Assembly: GCA_964514965.1 (NCBI GenBank)
Contig: CAZETV010000001.1
Span: 60,001 to 92,000 of the forward strand
Direction: 5' to 3'
Source: Candidatus Hadarchaeota archaeon
GTDB lineage: Archaea; Hadarchaeota; Hadarchaeia; Hadarchaeales; Hadarchaeaceae
DNA length: 32,000 nt
Shown here: piece after piece, positions 1 through 7,035 of the stretch
How positions within the stretch are numbered: the stretch's first letter is position 1
Layout: each line of letters opens with the position of its first letter
Notes under the pieces: generated by a model
Database searches by the model: none
What the model saw: the letters and a program-made list of their open reading frames with translations, nothing else
What the model was told of the DNA's origin: nothing
Program-made: the position numbers and the translations under genes

Positions 1-399
1 AAGTTCGGTAGCTCGTGCCACAGCGCCTGCAATCAATTTCTTGGCCTTTTCAGTGGCTCTTTCTTTATCTTCATGAACCCAAGAGCACTGTTCTCTTATA
101 TTTGCCATCTCGAAGCAGTAGGGGTTGAGGTTCTTGTGTTCTACGACCTTTCTAAAAGTGGGTTCGTGCATTCTTGGAGAACAGCTCGCCACGACTACAC
201 GATCAAGTCCGGCTTCGTCTATATCCTTCTTGATTAATTCTTGTCCTGGGTCAGAGCACATGTACTTATAGTCCCTAGCAATCACCACGTTTGGCAAAGA
301 CTTGGCATATTTCACCACTTCTTCAACATCAACGGTAGCCGCTATATTTAAGCCGCAATGGCAAATGTACACGCCCGTTTTCACTTCCTTATCCCCCAT
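1..399 (-). CDS. hdrA: CoB-CoM heterodisulfide reductase subunit A-like protein, N-terminal part (truncated by window edge)
   Basis: Not in the supplied ORF track (no stop inside the window). Reverse strand from ATG at 399 is open to position 1: [113 protein letters not shown]... This is typical of the HdrA N-terminus. Confidence 0.88.
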   Translation of the reverse strand, partial: MGDKEVKTGVYICHCGLNIAATVDVEEVVKYAKSLPNVVIARDYKYMCSDPGQELIKKDIDEAGLDRVVVASCSPRMHEPTFRKVVEHKNLNPYCFEMANIREQCSWVHEDKERATEKAKKLIAGAVARATEL

Positions 400-497
400 G
401 AAATCACGCCAGCAGTGAATTTGGCCTAGGTTTAATCTTTTTATCTATTACCATCATGGTTTAAAAGTCGTCCTGACTAAAAGGTTGAGGTGGCCGG

Positions 498-1490
498 TTG
501 AGAAAAATGAAGAGTGAAGAACCAAAAAAGTTGAAATTTGCTTTCTACTGGGCTGGCAGTTGTGGGGGCTGTGAGATTGCTGTTCTAGATATAAACGAGA
601 AGATTCTGGATGTGGTTGCCATTGCTGAGGTAATCTTTTGGCCTGTCGCCATGGATATCAAGTATAAAGACGTAGACGCGATGCCGGACAAGAGCATAGA
701 CGTCTGTTTCTTTAATGGTTCGGTCAGGACAGAGGAGCAAGAACACATGGCCAAACTTCTGAGGCGGAAGTCAAAGTTTTTGATAGCATTTGGCACCTGT
801 GCTCAGCTAGGTGGCATTCCAGGTCTTGCGAACATTTCGAATAAAAAAGAGATTTTCGAGAAGGTATACGTTCAAACTCCATCGACAAAAAATTCTAAAG
901 CTGCGATACCTAAAACTGCTGTTAAAGTCGAATGCGGGGAACTAACTCTGCCAGAGTTTTATGATACTGTGAAGACACTAGATCAAACCGTGGAAGTGGA
1001 CTACTATATCCCAGGTTGTCCTCCGCACCCAAACTTGATATTGAAAGCCGTGGAAGCCATAGCCAAAAATGAGTTACCCGCTAAAGGTTCGGTATTGGCC
1101 CCCGAGAAGTCGGTTTGCGATGAATGTCAGAGGGAAAAGAAAGAAAAGGTTATCTCCAGATTATACAGGATGCACGAAATCAAACCAGATCCGGAGAAAT
1201 GTTTTTTGGAGCAGGGGGTGGTGTGCATTGGGCCCGCAACCCGTGGTGGATGCGAGGCGCGGTGTATCAATGCGAATATGCCTTGTACGGGGTGCGGTGG
1301 TCCATGCCCCAATGAAATCGAGCAAGGGGCGTCCATGATAAGTGCCATTTCTTCGATTCTCGGGTTGGATGAGGAAAAAGGAGAAACATATGACGCTGAA
1401 AAATTAATCAACCAAATAAAAGACCCCTTGGGGACTTTTTACCGGTACTCCCTGCCAGCTGCTCTCATCCGAAGGAGGGTTCAGAAATGA
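498..1490 (+). CDS. mvhG: [NiFe] hydrogenase small subunit, F420-non-reducing/MvhG-like (group 3)
   Basis: 330 aa. AGSCGGCEIAVLD proximal cluster Cys pair, FGTCAQLGGIPG, YIPGCPPHPN, and a C-terminal Cys-rich segment (CIGPATRGGCEARCINANMPCTGCGGPC). Overlaps the large-subunit start by 4 nt. Confidence 0.88.
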   Translation: MRKMKSEEPKKLKFAFYWAGSCGGCEIAVLDINEKILDVVAIAEVIFWPVAMDIKYKDVDAMPDKSIDVCFFNGSVRTEEQEHMAKLLRRKSKFLIAFGTCAQLGGIPGLANISNKKEIFEKVYVQTPSTKNSKAAIPKTAVKVECGELTLPEFYDTVKTLDQTVEVDYYIPGCPPHPNLILKAVEAIAKNELPAKGSVLAPEKSVCDECQREKKEKVISRLYRMHEIKPDPEKCFLEQGVVCIGPATRGGCEARCINANMPCTGCGGPCPNEIEQGASMISAISSILGLDEEKGETYDAEKLINQIKDPLGTFYRYSLPAALIRRRVQK

Positions 1491-2974
1491 GCGAATTTAA
1501 GGAGATAAGCATAGAGCCCGTCACGAGGCTTGAGGGTCACGCAAAGATAGTGATATTTCAAGATGAGAAAGGGGAAGTGAAAAACGCCTATTTACAACTC
1601 CCTGAACTCAGGGGCTTTGAGAGATTCTGTGAGGGGAGAAAAGCTGAAGACCTCCCACAGCTGCTCTCGAGAATTTGCGGAGTATGTCCCGTTGCCCATC
1701 ATCTCGCTTCCACGAAAGCTTTGGATGCGGCGTTTCGTGTGGACCCCCCTTCAGCTGCGAAAAAACTTCGGGAACTCATGTACAGCGGCTATTTCATGTA
1801 CGATCACATTCTTAATTTTTATTTCCTAGCTGCGCCGGACTTCGTCGTGGGGCCTGATGCTCCACCTCAAGAAAGAAACATTTTCGGCGTGATCAAGAAG
1901 GTCGGCTTAGACGTGGCCAAGGAAGTAATCAAGCATCGGGCTTACGGCCAAAAAATTACCGAGATAATAGGTGGAAAGGCAACCCATCCGGTTTGTGGAC
2001 TTCCGGGTGGCATATCCAAGCCGCTGACGGAAGAAGAAAGAAAGGAAATAGAAAAGATGGCGGAGGCCGGGCTTGAATTCGCCAAGTTCAGCTTGAAGTT
2101 ATTTGACGATGTTGTATTGAAAAATAAGAAATACGTTGACCTGATTATGAGCGACGCTTACACTTTAAAAACATATTACATGGGTCTAGTGGACCGAAAC
2201 AACAAGGTCAATTTTTACGATGGCAAAATACGTGTGGTTAATCCCGGGGGTCAAGAGTTCGTGAAGTTTAACCCATCCGAATACTTGGACATCATCGAGG
2301 AGCATGTTGAGGAATGGAGCTATGTAAAACTACCTTATCTCAAAAAAATCGGATGGAAAGGCTTGAGGGATGGACATAGCAGCGGGATTTACAGAGTTGG
2401 TGCATTGGCCAGACTAAATGCCGCAGATGGCATGGCGACTCCCCTAGCCCAGCAAGAGTACGAGAGGATGTATGAAACCCTAGGCGGGAAGCCCGTGCAC
2501 TCAACTCTCGCGTTTCACTGGGCTAGACTGATAGAAATAATTTATGCGGCCGAAAGATGCCTAGAGCTCAGTCGAGATGAAGAGATAACGAGCAAGGAAA
2601 TTCGAAACGAGCCAAATACCCCGGGAGAAGGAATCGGAATAGTCGAAGCTGCGAGAGGTACATTGATCCATCATTACAATCTTAACAAAGAGGGCCTAAC
2701 CGAAAAAGTAAATTTGATAGTCCCTACGACCAACAACAATCCATCCATCTGCATGTCCGTGAGGGATGCAGCGAAGGGGCTCATCCATGGTAAAGAAGTT
2801 AGCGAGGGGTTGCTGAACATGGTGGAGATGGCTTTGAGAGCTTATGACCCATGTATCGCATGCGCTTCCCACTGCCACATAGGCGATTTGCCCCTTGAAA
2901 TAAAAATACACGATAATAATCGGAGTTTGATAAAAACCGTTGTGAGAGAACCTCTTGGCTTTAAACACTTTTAG
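1487..2974 (+). CDS. mvhA: [NiFe] hydrogenase large subunit, MvhA-like (group 3)
   Basis: 495 aa. PVTRLEGHAKI N-terminus, L1 motif RICGVCPVAHH, L2 motif DPCIACASH near the C-terminus. Confidence 0.9.
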   Translation: MSEFKEISIEPVTRLEGHAKIVIFQDEKGEVKNAYLQLPELRGFERFCEGRKAEDLPQLLSRICGVCPVAHHLASTKALDAAFRVDPPSAAKKLRELMYSGYFMYDHILNFYFLAAPDFVVGPDAPPQERNIFGVIKKVGLDVAKEVIKHRAYGQKITEIIGGKATHPVCGLPGGISKPLTEEERKEIEKMAEAGLEFAKFSLKLFDDVVLKNKKYVDLIMSDAYTLKTYYMGLVDRNNKVNFYDGKIRVVNPGGQEFVKFNPSEYLDIIEEHVEEWSYVKLPYLKKIGWKGLRDGHSSGIYRVGALARLNAADGMATPLAQQEYERMYETLGGKPVHSTLAFHWARLIEIIYAAERCLELSRDEEITSKEIRNEPNTPGEGIGIVEAARGTLIHHYNLNKEGLTEKVNLIVPTTNNNPSICMSVRDAAKGLIHGKEVSEGLLNMVEMALRAYDPCIACASHCHIGDLPLEIKIHDNNRSLIKTVVREPLGFKHF

Positions 2975-3027
2975 AGATATCTTTTCGTGTCGCATAAGTT
3001 AGCAAACTATCGCAACGGGTAAGTCAA

Positions 3028-3525
3028 ATGGAAAAATGTGCGATTCAAAATAATTTCAACGAGAAGCTCAAGAAGTGGCTTCTAGATGCCCGAAGGGTTG
3101 TTATCGCAGGTATTGGAAGCTCGATTCGAAAAGATGATTTCATAGGGGTCGGGGTCGTAGAAAAACTACGGGGGAAAGTTTCACGATCGGTTCATTTAAT
3201 AGTGTGTGGAATGTCTCCTGAGAATTTTTTAGAACCGATTATTCACTTTAAGCCAACCCACGTACTATTTGTCAACGCGGCTCAACTAGGCTTAAAACCT
3301 GGTTCTTCAAGGTTGATTGAACTAAATCAGATTTCGTGGCCAGCGGTATTGACTCATGCTCTAACTCATCAGATATTTCGAGAATTTCTAACAGAGGCAA
3401 CTGGTGCTAAGGTCGCTCTGCTCGCCGTGCAACCAAAGGACACGAGTTTTGGAGAAGGTTTTACAAAAGAATTGGAAGAAACTGTCGAGCGTTTATCAAG
3501 TTTTTTGTTGAGGGTTTTACCCTGA
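3028..3525 (+). CDS. Hydrogenase maturation endopeptidase, HycI/HyaD family
   Basis: 165 aa. VVIAGIGSSIRKDDFIGVGVVEKL (variant of GxGNxxxxDDGxG), SPENFLEPI, THVLFVNAAQLGLKPGSSRLI, LLAVQP. Directly downstream of the large subunit. Confidence 0.82.
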   Translation: MEKCAIQNNFNEKLKKWLLDARRVVIAGIGSSIRKDDFIGVGVVEKLRGKVSRSVHLIVCGMSPENFLEPIIHFKPTHVLFVNAAQLGLKPGSSRLIELNQISWPAVLTHALTHQIFREFLTEATGAKVALLAVQPKDTSFGEGFTKELEETVERLSSFLLRVLP

Positions 3526-3562
3526 AATGGATAATGTACGATACTTTTGAACTTTAGGTTGC

Positions 3563-4003
3563 TTAACTACCCGAAACTAGTGGCTTTGGAATTTGGGCCG
3601 ATACTTTACAAGGCCCCAACTTTGTAATTTCATTAACAACTTCCGTAACAATTTTAACAAATCGTTCGGCTTCTCCAGCTGATACTGTCTCGAACCTGAG
3701 CCGCTCCGGTTCTATCCCCAACTGCACTAGTATTCGTTTGAGCAGTTCAACTCTTCGCTGAGCTTTGTAGTTTCCAGAGACGAAATGACAGTCTCCGAAG
3801 TGGCATCCAGCGACCAAAACCCCGTCCGCACCTCGTTTAAAAGTTTCTAGAATGTAAACAGGGTCTAGCCGCCCAGTGCACATCAGCCTGATGATGCGGA
3901 CGTTGGGCGGATAATGCATGCGGCTCGTTCCAGCGAGGTCAGCCGCAGCGTAGGAGCAGAAATTGCAAAGAAAGACGATGATTTTTGGTTCAAATTCAAC
4001 CAT
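3563..4003 (-). CDS. mvhD: Methyl-viologen-reducing hydrogenase delta subunit (MvhD)
   Basis: LCNFCSYAAADLAGTSRMHYPPNVRIIRLMCTGRLDPVYILETFKRGADGVLVAGCHFGDCHF is a strong MvhD signature. Track start is 4024, but the internal ATG at 4003 has an AGGTAG-like RBS just upstream. Confidence 0.88.
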   Translation of the reverse strand: MVEFEPKIIVFLCNFCSYAAADLAGTSRMHYPPNVRIIRLMCTGRLDPVYILETFKRGADGVLVAGCHFGDCHFVSGNYKAQRRVELLKRILVQLGIEPERLRFETVSAGEAERFVKIVTEVVNEITKLGPCKVSAQIPKPLVSGS

Positions 4004-4067
4004 GTTATCTACCTTTAATATCACTAGTGTACTTAAAAATTTTAATTCTTATATTTTTCACCCCACC

Positions 4068-5288
4068 TTACAAGGCTTCACCGAGAGTTACATCGACCAT
4101 CCGCTTGATATCCCTTTTCAAGGCGTCTGGAAGTCCAAAAATGTCAATATCCATGAATCCCCGAATAATCAGTGATTCTGCATCAGACTCCGAAAAACCC
4201 CTCGCAGTCAAGTATTGGACTTGCTCTTCCGCTATCTTCCCTACGGCGGCTTCATGCGAAAGTTCGGTCCCCTTCACTTTCCCCGCCAGCTCTGGAATTG
4301 CGTGTATAAATGCTTCGTCAGAGAGCAAGAGACCCCTGCATTCTAGGTGCGCCTTACTGTCTCGGTGCTCTCCAACCAAGAGTCCACGGGCATTTATCTG
4401 CGCATTGTCCGAGGCTATCGCCCGCGCGATGACTTCTCCTTTGCTCCCTTTGCCTTGAAGAACCGCTTTCGAGCCTACATCCAAATAGGAGTTCTGCCTC
4501 CCGTGTAGAATTGTGTTGAACCTGACCCTAGAGTTAGACCCCTTACAGTAAGCAACTGGGTACATTTGAATACTTTTCACCGGTTTCATGCACAGGTAAT
4601 TGTTAATAAACGTTGCATCGTCGTCTAAGAGGGCCGCAGTTCGAGGTCGGACGTCAAAATTTTGGGCCCAGTTATGAATCATGGTGAAAGTGAGCTTCGC
4701 GTTTTTCTTCACATAAAATTCGGAGATGCCCACATGCAGACCACTTTGAACGTTTGGGTGGGTCGTGCAGCCAGTTATTATTTGGGCCTCAGAGTGGGGT
4801 TCTGCGATTATCAAGTTATGAACGTTTTGGTTAAAATTGTCTTTTGAGATGAAAATGCATGCTTGTAGAGGGAGCGTGATTTTTTGCCCCTCAAGTATTC
4901 GGATGAAATAGCCCTGATCCCACTTTAACTTGGCCAAAGTGGTGAATTTGTCGGTGCTTGGGTCAACAATTTTCCACCAATACTCCTTGGCCCAGCGGTA
5001 TTTTTTGAGTGCTTCTTTAGTGCTCATTATTTCGGCTTTTCCCCTGAAAGTTTTTTGGATTGCTTGAAGAACCGCAGAATGATCTATTTGAAAATATGTG
5101 CCTGCTCGTTCCTTTTCCCTGGTAATGCCAACGCTTAGGGCTCTTTGGGTGATATTTTCTGGTAGCGTCGAAATAGTACATGAGGGCCAAGGTGAAGTTT
5201 CTCTTTTGAAAGTTTCTACATCTAAGTCGGGCCCAAAAGCCGCTGGTTTTCTGATTGTACTCAACGTAGTCTTTTTACCTTTGGGCAT
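4068..5288 (-). CDS. sufB: Fe-S cluster assembly scaffold SufB/SufD family
   Basis: 406 aa, SufBD core (HNLIIAEPHSEAQIITGCTTHP, SKGEVIARAIASDNAQINARGLL, LSHEAAVGKIAEEQVQYLTARGFSESDAESLIIRGF). Next to SufC on the same strand. Confidence 0.88.
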   Translation of the reverse strand: MPKGKKTTLSTIRKPAAFGPDLDVETFKRETSPWPSCTISTLPENITQRALSVGITREKERAGTYFQIDHSAVLQAIQKTFRGKAEIMSTKEALKKYRWAKEYWWKIVDPSTDKFTTLAKLKWDQGYFIRILEGQKITLPLQACIFISKDNFNQNVHNLIIAEPHSEAQIITGCTTHPNVQSGLHVGISEFYVKKNAKLTFTMIHNWAQNFDVRPRTAALLDDDATFINNYLCMKPVKSIQMYPVAYCKGSNSRVRFNTILHGRQNSYLDVGSKAVLQGKGSKGEVIARAIASDNAQINARGLLVGEHRDSKAHLECRGLLLSDEAFIHAIPELAGKVKGTELSHEAAVGKIAEEQVQYLTARGFSESDAESLIIRGFMDIDIFGLPDALKRDIKRMVDVTLGEAL

Positions 5289-5986
5289 CGCTCACACCAC
5301 TTGTATCCTCTTTTCATGACCCGGTTGATAATATTGGTCGGTTTTCCAGAGCAGGCAATCATTCCATAAAACATCACATGGGCTTTGTCCACTTTTAAGT
5401 AGCGCAGGATGTGGCCGAGATGGGTTATCAAAAGGCCAGATCGCTTTTTGAGGAGCTCGTTGATCGCCTTGCCTATAACCTCTAGATTCTCAACATCTAC
5501 TCCTGAGTCAGGCTCGTCGAATATCGCAAAATCTGGTCGTTGTGCGAGCAATTGCAAAATCTCCGTCCGCTTGAGCTCACCTCCGGAGAAGCCCAAATTC
5601 AAATCTCTGCCGAAAAAATCCATAGGAATGTTTGTGGTGCCTGCTAGCTTTACTTCATCGACTTTTCCCTTGGTGAGGTATCGCAAAACATCACCCAGTT
5701 TGACACCTCTTATCTGTGGGGGGGTTTGAAAGGCCACTCCAATGCCTAGCTTCACGCGCTCATCCGTTGACATGGTGGTGATGTCGGTGCCGTTGAATCG
5801 AATCTTGCCCGATAGAACGCGGCAGTTCGGGAAGCCCAAAATTGACGTTATCAGCGAGGTCTTTCCTGATCCGTTGGGGCCGAGCAAGACGTGGGTCTCC
5901 CCCTTGGGTATCTCTAGGTTAACCCCTTCGAGCACCCGTTTTCCCGCGATTTCTACAGTTAGATTCTCTATCTTTAGCATCTTCAA
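5261..5986 (-). CDS. sufC: Fe-S cluster assembly ATPase SufC
   Basis: 241 aa ABC ATPase: Walker A GPNGSGKTS, signature FSGGELKR, Walker B FAIFDEPDSGVD. Confidence 0.92.
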   Translation of the reverse strand: MKMLKIENLTVEIAGKRVLEGVNLEIPKGETHVLLGPNGSGKTSLITSILGFPNCRVLSGKIRFNGTDITTMSTDERVKLGIGVAFQTPPQIRGVKLGDVLRYLTKGKVDEVKLAGTTNIPMDFFGRDLNLGFSGGELKRTEILQLLAQRPDFAIFDEPDSGVDVENLEVIGKAINELLKKRSGLLITHLGHILRYLKVDKAHVMFYGMIACSGKPTNIINRVMKRGYKWCERCPKVKRLR

Positions 5987-6076
5987 GTTTTCAACCCCAT
6001 TTTAATACTCTTCGGGACGACCTAAAAGTTTCCCAACAAGGCACATTTATTAATCTTCATGATTTAAGGTGCAGTT

Positions 6077-6568
6077 ATGGACGACTTTACATTTGGATTG
6101 CTCTATGGCGTTGTAGCAATGGCCCTTGTGGGGGTCTTGTTATTCTTGTTAGGCCGAAAACTCGATCGACGGCTTTACCTGCGACCAGTACTTTATGGCT
6201 TTTTTTTCTGGGCGGGCGTCAACGTACTTTTTGTAGGAGGAATCTTCAGCTTTTTGGTAGGTGGTGCGGTTACTGGATACTTTCTCGCTCGGGAGGTTGG
6301 AGAATGGGGGAATCAATTTCGAGCGGGTGGGTTGAGCGGTACTTTAATCATTTGCAGCCTTCTCCTCGCGAACATTTTGATCCTATTCACACGAGGCGTC
6401 TCTGATATCTCAGTTAGTCCGGTTAGTCATGAGGAAGTATTATTTCTGCTGTATGGGGACATGTTAATCTATGCTTTTATGTTGTTGGCCATTGCCGGAA
6501 TTGGCGCTGTGCTGGGTGGTCTGCTGCGCAAGCTCTTAAAACCTGCTGGGCAGGAACCCCAACAATAG
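6077..6568 (+). CDS. Hypothetical multi-pass membrane protein
   Basis: 163 aa ORF, mostly hydrophobic helices, no overlapping competitor; no family recognised. Confidence 0.6.
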   Translation: MDDFTFGLLYGVVAMALVGVLLFLLGRKLDRRLYLRPVLYGFFFWAGVNVLFVGGIFSFLVGGAVTGYFLAREVGEWGNQFRAGGLSGTLIICSLLLANILILFTRGVSDISVSPVSHEEVLFLLYGDMLIYAFMLLAIAGIGAVLGGLLRKLLKPAGQEPQQ

Positions 6569-6812
6569 CGTTTTGTTTGTAAAGAACTCCACCCGAAAAC
6601 TCGGTGGGTGAATAGGGGTAGCATCAAAATAAATTGGATATACCAATAAGCTCGGCTTGAATAAGGTACTTAGTTTGAATGTTTGTTGGTGATAGGTTCT
6701 TTTGTATTGATACAAAATTTCGGCAATGCGCTTAATTTTAGAAACACAAATCATTTATCCCGAAAAATCAGACGAATTTACGGTAGTGGGGTAGCTACCT
6801 GCAGCGGGGTAG

Positions 6813-6843
6813 AGCAGCAGTAGGCGAACTACTCTGCCCCTAC
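6813..6843 (+). other. tRNA intron 1 (31 nt), D-stem position 10/11
   Basis: 5' side GGGT-AG^A-GCAG, 3' side CTGC-CCCT-AC^G; intron helix GCAG(C)AGTAG/CTACTCTGC with loop GCGAA; central helix 3 of 4 pairs. Confidence 0.65.
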
Positions 6844-6865
6844 GGCAGCATGGAGTGCCCGCCGG

Positions 6866-6886
6866 TCGTGGAAAACCACGGGCGAA
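6866..6886 (+). other. tRNA intron 2 (21 nt), position 30/31
   Basis: 5' side CGCC-GG^T-CGTGG, 3' side CCACG-GGCG-AA^G: 3-nt bulges either side of a perfect 4-bp central helix CGCC/GGCG, intron helix CGTGG/CCACG with loop AAAA. Confidence 0.8.
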
Positions 6887-6893
6887 GCTCATA

Positions 6894-6927
6894 AGGCGTC
6901 AAGCCGTGGGTTTGGCGCTCCTGCGAG
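6894..6927 (+). other. tRNA intron 3 (34 nt), canonical position 37/38
   Basis: Interrupts CTCATA^...^ACCCGG. 5' bulge TA^A, 3' bulge AG^A, central CTCA/TGCG (3 of 4 pairs); intron hairpin GCGTCAAGCC/GGTTTGGCGC (6896-6905/6909-6918). Confidence 0.78.
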
Positions 6928-6949
6928 ACCCGGAGGTCAGTGGTTCAAG

Positions 6950-6979
6950 AGAGAGTGGCGTAAAACCTCTCTCGGGATT
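6950..6979 (+). other. tRNA intron 4 (30 nt), T-loop position 59/60
   Basis: T stem AGTGG/CCACT as outer helix, central TTCA/GGGA (3 of 4), bulges AG^A and TT^T, intron helix GAGAG/CTCTC (6951-6955/6969-6973). Removal leaves loop TTCAAGT. Confidence 0.8.
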
Positions 6980-7035
6980 TCCACTCCCCGCTACCTTATC
7001 TAGTCTGATTGTCTAAGTGAGTTAAGAGGCTAATT

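Larger units (their letters stand above)
6803..6993 (+). tRNA. Initiator tRNA-Met (CAU) with four introns
   Basis: Exons 6803-6812, 6844-6865, 6887-6893, 6928-6949 and 6980-6993 join to AGCGGGGTAGGGCAGCATGGAGTGCCCGCCGGGCTCATAACCCGGAGGTCAGTGGTTCAAGTCCACTCCCCGCTA (75 nt). Acceptor AGCGGGG/CCCCGCT 7/7, D stem GGGC/GCCC, anticodon stem CCGGG/CCCGG with loop CTCATAA, T stem AGTGG/CCACT with loop TTCAAGT. A1-U72 and GGG/CCC in the anticodon stem are archaeal initiator hallmarks. CCA is not encoded. Confidence 0.87.

Noticed and set aside
545-1411. Track ORFs antisense or out of frame to the hydrogenase small subunit (545..796, 1069..1338, 1124..1315, 1127..1411)
   Set aside because: All lie fully within mvhG, whose translation is a clear [NiFe] small subunit; none resembles a known protein.
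6589-6607. Hairpin CCACCCGA-AAAC-TCGGTGG downstream of the 6077 ORF
   Set aside because: Seven pairs with one bulge, no poly-U tract; could be incidental or a weak 3' end structure. Not strong enough to report as a terminator.
6536-6754. 72-aa reverse ORF between the 6077 gene and the tRNA
   Set aside because: Overlaps the end of the membrane protein gene, odd composition, no convincing RBS or family; most likely chance.
6782-6800. Alternative tRNA 5' end at 6785 (AGTGGGG) with a 49-nt first intron
   Set aside because: Needs a G-U pair in the acceptor, departs from the archaeal initiator AGCGGGG consensus and gives a poorer splice motif than a start at 6803. Kept only as a testable alternative in the findings.
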